Shown piece by piece: positions 36,219-42,288 of a stretch of 42,288 bases of DNA. The DNA is from a virus (lineage: Duplodnaviria > Heunggongvirae > Uroviricota > Caudoviricetes). A program made the translations under genes and the position numbers. The notes below the pieces were generated by a model that had not been told where the DNA came from, did no database searches, and saw only the letters and a program-made list of their open reading frames with translations. The stretch spans positions 1-42,288 of the IMG/VR virus record IMGVR_UViG_2778260993_000007. One strand, 5' to 3'. Within the stretch, counting starts at the first letter, position 1; each line of letters begins with the position of its first letter.

Positions 36219-36234
36219 CTGTATAAATATACAG
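36219..36234. promoter_or_regulatory. LexA (SOS) box
   Basis: aaCTGTataaatatACAGta: CTGT-N8-ACAG with AT-rich spacer matching the enterobacterial LexA consensus TACTGTATATATATACAGTA at most positions; about 22 bp upstream of start of minus-strand gene 35940..36197. Confidence 0.65.
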
Positions 36235-36273
36235 TATCAAATAATTTATTTGCTATCCAGCACGTTTTGCGAA

Positions 36274-36288
36274 TCACCTGAAAGGTAA
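36274..36288. promoter_or_regulatory. Operator-like site TCACC-TGAAA-GGTAA upstream of tail fiber gene
   Basis: 9/10 match; in divergent intergenic region between LexA-box gene and tail fiber gene. Confidence 0.45.
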
Positions 36289-36392
36289 TATCTGTTCGTA
36301 TTTATGGGTTGTCTATCCATATATGGTTTTTCAGGTAATAGAATAACCGGATATGCGGCGCAACGGGTGCTGCGACTATCTGGAGATTTAAC

Positions 36393-38927
36393 ATGACGGT
36401 CTCAACCGAAGTTGACCACAACGAATACACCGGTAACGGTGTTACAACGACATTCCCTTATACCTTCAGGATTTTCCAGAAATCTGATTTAGTAGTGCAG
36501 GTTGTTGACCTGAACGAGAACATCACAGAGCTGATTCTTGATACTGATTACATAGTCACTGGTGCGGGAGGGTATAACGGCGGCAATGTAATTCTGTCGA
36601 AGGCGTTGGTTAACGGTTATCAGATTTCTATATCAAGAGAGCTACCGGTTACGCAGGATACCGATCTGCGCAACCAGGGTAAGTTCTTCGCTGAGGTGCA
36701 TGAAGACGCATTCGATAAACTGACGATGCTGATACAGCAGGTTAGAAGTTGGTTCAGGTTGGCTCTGCGTAAACCATCATTTATTGCTAATTATTATGAT
36801 GCTTTGAACAATTATATTCGTAACCTGAGAGATCCCAGATTTCCGCAGGATGCGGCAACAAAAAATTACGTGGATACGCTTGCTGGTAGCAATCTAAGCA
36901 AAACTCTTCGCGTTCCTGAATCAATACCTTCCTTACCTGATGCTATTGAAAGAGCAAACAAGATGGTTGCTTTTGATAATGATGGTAATCCATTTGTCGT
37001 ATTACCACCATCTGGATCTGCCTCAGACGTTCTAATTGAATTAGCTAAACCTGATGGGTATAAGTTAATTGGTGGATTAGAAAACAGATTATATATATAT
37101 GATATAAGCGCACTAGACGGTGAGCGGAATAGTGATCAGCTTAATGCTATATTTTATAAGTATAAAGATACACCAATAAAAATATACTCAAGCGTGCCAC
37201 TAACTTTCACCATAGATAAAGAAACACATCTATATGGTGATTTTGATTTGAGTAATTGTACTTTCCACTTAACAAACGGAAAGGTTGTGTATAAAGATGA
37301 AAGGGATGATGATAGTTATATAAAGGAAGTTAATATATCAACATACCCATTGAACGAATTAACCTCAGTTTTTTCTTGTGTTGAGGATTTAACAGGGTGG
37401 GGTAATTCGCTCGTCAAAATAATAAGTCCAACAGAGGTTGATCTCTATAGGTTGCTTGGTGGTGTATTCACCCCAAGATATAAAGGTGAAGTGAACTTTA
37501 TGACTAAGTCAGGGGAATTGGCTTACAGTCTTAAAAATACTTACAACGACCCCGTAACTTGTACGTTATTTAAGCTACCAACTAAGCGTAATAAAATTGT
37601 ATTGCCGCGTTTCACTGGTCAATTTTCACGCTATGCTTTTGATATCCAACGTTCTTTAGTTGATGTTGAGGTTGTTTACTTTAATGACATGGGGATGACA
37701 GCTACAGATTCTAATATTTTTGGTAGCTCTACCACCTACGGAGTTAACTGGAGATTAACGAGTGCGGGTATTACGCAGACGGATAATAATTCTCGTTATA
37801 CCGTAGCTATGGAGTACACCCTTAAACATACTTTTATCGGCTGCGAAGTGGGTAAGGGGTGGAGGTCTATTGACGGCAACTATTGCAGGGATGTGGTTGT
37901 GAGAGACAGTAATCTTGATAGCTTCCACATGCACTATGGGTGCTCAAAGATTCTTGTTGATAATTGCCGGATACCTGGAGGCGTCATGGTTGGTACTGGG
38001 GCGTTCGACGAGGCCACACAGATCATCAATTCTCACATAGGGCCGTTTGGAGTACGTACGGATTACGGTGAACATAAAGGTGATTTCATAGTCCGTGGGG
38101 GATCCGTTCGTATTCCAGAGGGTTCATCCGGTTTGGTGGATATGATTTTGTGTCGTCCAGACAATGTTATCGCGTCTGGGAATCCTGTTCAGCCGCGCAC
38201 TTTACATCTTCCGAAGAATATAATTGTACAGACGAATATATACTGGCCTTCTGAGGTAACACTCAATATTTTATCATTTAAAAATAACTTTAAAACACAG
38301 CCATCACCTTTGCGTGACTTTAAAATGCCGTCATTGATAGATTTTACTGGTAGCACTTTTAATGGTAAAGCCGCAAGATTTGAGTTGGCAATTTCATATC
38401 ATGATGCATCTACAAGAGATATTCCTGTAATTAAATTGACTCCAGCTAAATCAACTGGATGTAAAGTTGTATGTTATGTTGGATACCTGGATGAGTATGC
38501 ATCATGCCTTTATGGTCTTGAGAGCAATATGGATATTGCATATATGAATATCACATCAGGAATGAATAGGAGTTACATCAAGCATGATGGTGGTGTATTA
38601 CGTAGGTTTGTAGGCTATTCTGGTGGAAACACATATATGCTTGGCAGTGTTTATTTTGACAAAATGGCCATAGATTGGGATGTGAGTAACAACCTTGTTT
38701 CAGGATTTATGTCAGTGTCTGACTGTCTTATAGATGGTTCGAGAGCTAAGGGATCATCTTCATCTAAGCCGATAGTAAATACGTATGTACATAGGTCGGC
38801 AAATAATATATGTCATGAGATAGTGGCAACTGACTCAAGGGATGTTGTCGATAAAAAATATGCCCTTTGCAGTAGAGAGGGAACCGCAGGGAACTTCTCA
38901 ACAGGTGAGATACCTATAACATTTTAA
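36393..38927 (+). CDS. Tail fiber / tailspike protein (T7 gp17-like N-terminal adaptor, divergent C-terminal receptor-binding region)
   Basis: 844 aa; N-terminus (EVDHNEYTGNGVTTTFPYTF) resembles podovirus tail-fiber N-terminal domain; C-terminal two-thirds AT-rich. Confidence 0.75.
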   Translation: MTVSTEVDHNEYTGNGVTTTFPYTFRIFQKSDLVVQVVDLNENITELILDTDYIVTGAGGYNGGNVILSKALVNGYQISISRELPVTQDTDLRNQGKFFAEVHEDAFDKLTMLIQQVRSWFRLALRKPSFIANYYDALNNYIRNLRDPRFPQDAATKNYVDTLAGSNLSKTLRVPESIPSLPDAIERANKMVAFDNDGNPFVVLPPSGSASDVLIELAKPDGYKLIGGLENRLYIYDISALDGERNSDQLNAIFYKYKDTPIKIYSSVPLTFTIDKETHLYGDFDLSNCTFHLTNGKVVYKDERDDDSYIKEVNISTYPLNELTSVFSCVEDLTGWGNSLVKIISPTEVDLYRLLGGVFTPRYKGEVNFMTKSGELAYSLKNTYNDPVTCTLFKLPTKRNKIVLPRFTGQFSRYAFDIQRSLVDVEVVYFNDMGMTATDSNIFGSSTTYGVNWRLTSAGITQTDNNSRYTVAMEYTLKHTFIGCEVGKGWRSIDGNYCRDVVVRDSNLDSFHMHYGCSKILVDNCRIPGGVMVGTGAFDEATQIINSHIGPFGVRTDYGEHKGDFIVRGGSVRIPEGSSGLVDMILCRPDNVIASGNPVQPRTLHLPKNIIVQTNIYWPSEVTLNILSFKNNFKTQPSPLRDFKMPSLIDFTGSTFNGKAARFELAISYHDASTRDIPVIKLTPAKSTGCKVVCYVGYLDEYASCLYGLESNMDIAYMNITSGMNRSYIKHDGGVLRRFVGYSGGNTYMLGSVYFDKMAIDWDVSNNLVSGFMSVSDCLIDGSRAKGSSSSKPIVNTYVHRSANNICHEIVATDSRDVVDKKYALCSREGTAGNFSTGEIPITF

Positions 38928-38932
38928 AAATA

Positions 38933-38964
38933 AGGGAATGTAATAATACATTCCCTATTATATT
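38933..38964 (+). terminator. Terminator after tail fiber gene
   Basis: 8-bp stem AGGGAATG...CATTCCCT followed by ATTATATT. Confidence 0.5.
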
Positions 38965-39082
38965 GGTGTCCTTAGTCAGTTTCAGGCGCATGGCGGCAGA
39001 AACAGATAATCGCCCCACTATGCGGGTGGTTCTGATTTAAGTGACTTTAGTACGCAACAGATATAAAACAAATTTTTCTCTA

Positions 39083-39097
39083 TTACCGTTAGGGTAA
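39083..39097. promoter_or_regulatory. Operator-like site upstream of lysis cassette
   Basis: TTACC-GTTAG-GGTAA followed by repeated element GTTTTTTTATGTGTAAAG also found in the antirepressor leaders. Confidence 0.5.
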
Positions 39098-39200
39098 ATG
39101 AAATCGTTTTTTTATGTGTAAAGTTTATCATATATGGTTTACTGTGTATGATATACCCATTTAACTAAGGGCGTATCATGAACATTAAGCGGCGGTTACA

Positions 39201-39605
39201 ATGTCTACTGCTCTAACAAGCGAATCATTAAATCAGTGGCTTAGTATGGGATCTCTTGCTGCGGTGATAGCAGGAGCTCCTCCAGAGGTAGCTTTGGGAT
39301 CTTTGGCTGGTGCGGTAATTTTTGTTACCTCTGCGGTAGAGTATCCAATACGTCGTCGTGTTCTTCTATCGATGCTCAGCTTCCTCTGCGGCCTTCTCTT
39401 CTACAAACCAGTAGCATCAATTCTTATAGGCATAGCTAGCCTGATCCCTACCATCACCCAGGACTCTTTCGAGAAAGGGGTTGTTTTCTCTGCTGGCGCA
39501 TTCGTGTCAGCAATCGTCGCAGTACGAATTGGCATCTGGCTCTATCACCGTTCCGATAATCCACGTGAGTTAATTCCGGGGAGAAAAGACGATGGCAACG
39601 TATGA
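39201..39605 (+). CDS. Holin-like membrane protein
   Basis: 134 aa with multiple hydrophobic helices and charged C-terminus; first gene of lysis cassette. Confidence 0.5.
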   Translation: MSTALTSESLNQWLSMGSLAAVIAGAPPEVALGSLAGAVIFVTSAVEYPIRRRVLLSMLSFLCGLLFYKPVASILIGIASLIPTITQDSFEKGVVFSAGAFVSAIVAVRIGIWLYHRSDNPRELIPGRKDDGNV

Positions 39606-39900
39606 GCTTTTTTTTCTTATCACCAATGCAGTTATTTGTACTGGCATAGCAATTCGCGTTGTCACATTCCGGCGTAACGGATCTCAATATCGAAGATGTG
39701 GTGGGTGGCTTGCTTATTTCCTTATTGTTGCTGCGGCCAGCATTCCTGTTCGTGTCGTCTATGCAATTTGGTTATGCACGCCAATGGCTGTTGATTTATC
39801 TGAGGTCATTATTAACGCTGTCATGCTTACTGCTGTTATTAAAACACGCGGTAACGTTGTTCAGATTTTCAAAATATCGAGGTCTAAACATGGAGATTAA
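39592..39900 (+). CDS. Holin/antiholin-like membrane protein
   Basis: 102 aa with 2-3 TM segments, basic C-terminus; overlaps endolysin start. Confidence 0.45.
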   Translation: MATYELFFLITNAVICTGIAIRVVTFRRNGSQYRRCGGWLAYFLIVAAASIPVRVVYAIWLCTPMAVDLSEVIINAVMLTAVIKTRGNVVQIFKISRSKHGD

Positions 39901-40519
39901 ACAATTCCAGCGAGCTGCTGGTATCAGCGAGTCGCTTGCCGCACGCTGGTTCTTGCATATAACTTCTGCGATGAAAGAGTTTGGTATCAGCAACACCGAA
40001 AATCAGGCAATGTTTATTGCCCAGGTCGGGCATGAGTCTGGTGGCTTCACCCGGTTGCAGGAGAATTTCAACTACAGCGTTACCGGACTGGCGAGCTTTG
40101 TCAGGACTGGACGCCTCACCCAGGGACAGGCTAATGCACTGGGGCGCCGTGCTGGTGAACCACCATTGCCACTCGAGCGCCAGCGCGCGATCGCAAATCT
40201 GGTGTACAGCAAACGCATGGGTAACAATGCTCCTGATGATGGCTGGAATTACCGTGGGCGCGGGCTTATCCAGATTACCGGTTTGAATAACTATCGTGAC
40301 TGCGGAAACGGCTTGAAAGTGGACCTGCTGGAGAGCCCTGAACTGCTGGCGCAGGACGAATATGCGGCTCGTAGCGCGGCGTGGTTCTTCGCCAGCAAAG
40401 GATGCATGAAGTATACCGGCGATATTGCACGTGTAACTCTGATTATCAATGGTGGCCGGAACGGCATCGACGACCGGCGAGCGCGGTACATCACTGCCAG
40501 TAAGGTGCTGGCGGTATGA
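39890..40519 (+). CDS. Endolysin, glycoside hydrolase family 19 (chitinase-like)
   Basis: Start refined to MEIKQFQRAAG with GAGG RBS inside track ORF 39659..40519; GH19-like motifs (AQVGHESGGF, NYRGRGLIQITG). Confidence 0.8.
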   Translation: MEIKQFQRAAGISESLAARWFLHITSAMKEFGISNTENQAMFIAQVGHESGGFTRLQENFNYSVTGLASFVRTGRLTQGQANALGRRAGEPPLPLERQRAIANLVYSKRMGNNAPDDGWNYRGRGLIQITGLNNYRDCGNGLKVDLLESPELLAQDEYAARSAAWFFASKGCMKYTGDIARVTLIINGGRNGIDDRRARYITASKVLAV

Positions 40520-40998
40520 TCTGGGCATTCGTAAAAGCATACTGGAAACAGTTGATTATCGTGGCAGTGCTTGCTGTTCTGGTCATATCAGGAGTTGTTG
40601 CCTGGAATGTACACGGTAGCCGTCAGTACGACGCCGGGTATGCGCAGGCGAAAGAAGACTGCAAAGCTGAAGAAGAAAAAGTTCGTCAGTACTACGAACG
40701 GGAGAAAGCGACAAATGAACGTGAAGCGCAGCAGAGGATCGACCAGGCGCGCAATGATGCTCTTGATGCTGCCGCTCGCGCTGGCCGGTTGCAGCAACAA
40801 CTCTTTGCCATCCGTGAGCAGCTCAGGCAGTATAACGCCATTGTCGGCGCTGGGTCGTCAGCCGCAGACACCGGAGTTTTGCTTGCCGACGTGCTCAGCA
40901 AATCTCTCGAGAGAAACAGACAACTGGCAGAGTATGCTGACCGGGCAGCCGAAGCCGGAAGAGTCTGCGAAAAACAGTACGACACTTTGACCAGATAG
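40516..40998 (+). CDS. i-spanin (Rz-like)
   Basis: 160 aa; N-terminal TM helix then coiled-coil periplasmic domain; ATGA overlap with endolysin stop. Confidence 0.7.
   Translation: MIWAFVKAYWKQLIIVAVLAVLVISGVVAWNVHGSRQYDAGYAQAKEDCKAEEEKVRQYYEREKATNEREAQQRIDQARNDALDAAARAGRLQQQLFAIREQLRQYNAIVGAGSSAADTGVLLADVLSKSLERNRQLAEYADRAAEAGRVCEKQYDTLTR
40754..40990 (+). CDS. o-spanin (Rz1-like lipoprotein) embedded in +1 frame of i-spanin gene
   Basis: Internal start MMLLMLPLALAGC within track ORF 40571..40990; lipobox LAGC; Pro/Ser-rich mature part. Confidence 0.65.
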   Translation: MMLLMLPLALAGCSNNSLPSVSSSGSITPLSALGRQPQTPEFCLPTCSANLSRETDNWQSMLTGQPKPEESAKNSTTL

Positions 40999-41147
40999 CA
41001 TGGCATTTTTCATGGTACTGATTTCCGGTGACGGTATGTAAAACGGTACGGGAAAAATTGAGATTTGGAAAAATGTTATCACTCAATTAGTTATGGTTAT
41101 CGTAAATAATTGAGTGGGAATGATTTTAATCCCTGCACTATGAATGA

Positions 41148-41180
41148 ACAAAACCCTCTGTTACTACAGAGGGTTTTTTA
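41148..41180. terminator. Bidirectional terminator between lysis cassette and convergent right-end gene
   Basis: CCCTCTG...CAGAGGG stem flanked by A-run upstream and TTTTTT downstream. Confidence 0.7.
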
Positions 41181-41217
41181 TCTTCAAGAATCATAGGCTT
41201 GAAGTTACTAACATCGA

Positions 41218-41757
41218 TTAATTAAACCAGCTGTCCGATTTGTTCTCTTCTGCTTTGCCCACGCTTTTCATCAGATCGCGACCGCCTTCAGTCATATTTC
41301 TGTTGGCGTCAGCTTCAGATTGCACCACATCGGTTTGCGCAGCTTTGTGCTTCAGTTCCTGATCGATAAATTCGTTTTCTCGCTTAACGCGGGCTTCTTC
41401 TTTTGCCAGCGCCAGTTTTTGTTTCTGAATCTCTAAGCTGCGTAGCTCATCTTCATAACTTTGATCGCGTTTTTTGTCCGCAGAGGCTTCGGCGTCCAGT
41501 TTATCCTGACGAGCTTTCTTATTTGCCGCTGCCGTTGCCGCTCTTTTGTTAGCGGCGGCCTGGGCATTTGCGCGACGTTGCTTCTCTTGCTGGATTTCCC
41601 TGTTGCGCTCCGCGACCCATTCGTCATGCTGCCTTTGCTCTTCATTTTTACCTTGCTGTTCAGCTTCTGCTACAGCAGAGAGTTGATCCTGCAATGATGA
41701 GGCGATAGCCGGATAGCTTAAGGAGGCCAAGATGGCGCAAAGAAAAACTTTCTTCAT
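41218..41757 (-). CDS. Secreted coiled-coil protein (signal peptide); host or moron gene
   Basis: 179 aa; signal peptide MKKVFLCAILASLSYPAIA; Gln/Glu/Lys/Ala-rich coiled-coil body; convergent with lysis cassette across a bidirectional terminator. Confidence 0.6.
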   Translation of the reverse strand: MKKVFLCAILASLSYPAIASSLQDQLSAVAEAEQQGKNEEQRQHDEWVAERNREIQQEKQRRANAQAAANKRAATAAANKKARQDKLDAEASADKKRDQSYEDELRSLEIQKQKLALAKEEARVKRENEFIDQELKHKAAQTDVVQSEADANRNMTEGGRDLMKSVGKAEENKSDSWFN

Positions 41758-41772
41758 GACTCCTCCTGATTA

Positions 41773-42288
41773 TTAGCTCTTTTCAGGACATTTAGTATTT
41801 GGCTGAATACGCGTTTCGTTATACGTTGTGGTAATAACAACGGCTAAACCTGTCGTAAACTGGCACTCTTTACCCACCTGGGTAGAGGTATACACTTTGG
41901 TGCCTTCCTTATATGTTAAAGAAACACCTTCCACTAAGGTTTTATCATTCACCATAGAACCCACTGCCGCGCCTACAGCTCCGCCGCCAACTGCCCCTGC
42001 CGTCGTTCCGGAATTGCTGCCAGAACCGACGTTGTGGCCGATAACACCGCCAGCGACTGCGCCAATAAGCGCGCCGAAGGCTTGTGCGTTCCGTTTATTT
42101 TGGGAGTTGTCTACGGCAACTTTTGCGGGAAGAATGGAAATAATATTAACGGTTTTAGTTTCTTGTTTGGTATTCAGTTGATCGGTTTGATAAACATCGG
42201 CGGCATGATCGTCAGCATTTGACTGGCATCCTGCCAGAGTGAATGACGCTAACATTGCCACAGGCAGAAGACATTTTTTAAATTTCAT
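41773..42288 (-). CDS. Lipoprotein with glycine-zipper motif (host or moron gene)
   Basis: 171 aa; lipobox LAGC; Gly-rich segment (GALIGAVAGGVIGHNVGSG...GAVGGGAVGAAVGS) typical of glycine-zipper outer-membrane lipoproteins. Confidence 0.6.
   Translation of the reverse strand: MKFKKCLLPVAMLASFTLAGCQSNADDHAADVYQTDQLNTKQETKTVNIISILPAKVAVDNSQNKRNAQAFGALIGAVAGGVIGHNVGSGSNSGTTAGAVGGGAVGAAVGSMVNDKTLVEGVSLTYKEGTKVYTSTQVGKECQFTTGLAVVITTTYNETRIQPNTKCPEKS

Noticed and set aside
1-42288. CRISPR arrays or insertion-sequence elements
   Set aside because: No regularly spaced short direct repeats with unique spacers, and no transposase-like ORF with terminal inverted repeats, were seen anywhere in the window.

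Overview
This window is almost entirely a mosaic temperate-phage (prophage) genome of an enterobacterial host, running from the integrase at the left edge to the lysis cassette near 41 kb. Layout: (1) a leftward early operon (1-5.4 kb, minus strand) with Ser/Thr phosphatase, MT-A70 methyltransferase, AlpA-like regulator, RecT/Bet-like annealing protein and YqaJ-like exonuclease; (2) an immunity region (5.4-6.6 kb) with divergent repressor and Cro/CII-like genes; (3) replication genes with in-gene iterons, then accessory early genes (6.9-12.9 kb); (4) terminase, a minus-strand moron plus tRNA-Arg(UCU), then a T7-like podovirus structural module (13-31 kb); (5) a 5.3 kb accessory island (30.9-36.2 kb) with four antirepressor-type genes in a quasi-palindromic arrangement; (6) tail fiber, holin-like genes, GH19 endolysin and nested spanins (36.4-41 kb); (7) two minus-strand envelope-protein genes of uncertain origin at the right end. 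The most notable signal is regulatory: a 15-bp palindrome TTACC-N5-GGTAA occurs in at least 14 perfect copies, all intergenic, at the predicted OL/OR operators and also ahead of late, antirepressor, tail-fiber and lysis operons. Together with a repressor lacking an autocleavage domain and a single strong LexA box in front of a small antirepressor-domain gene, this suggests a repressor/antirepressor induction circuit with genome-wide operator control; I cannot say from sequence alone whether it is already described. CDS coordinates follow the supplied ORF track with start codons refined by hand; hand-located motif coordinates are approximate (+/-3 nt). All product calls are from motif recognition by eye, with no database search.
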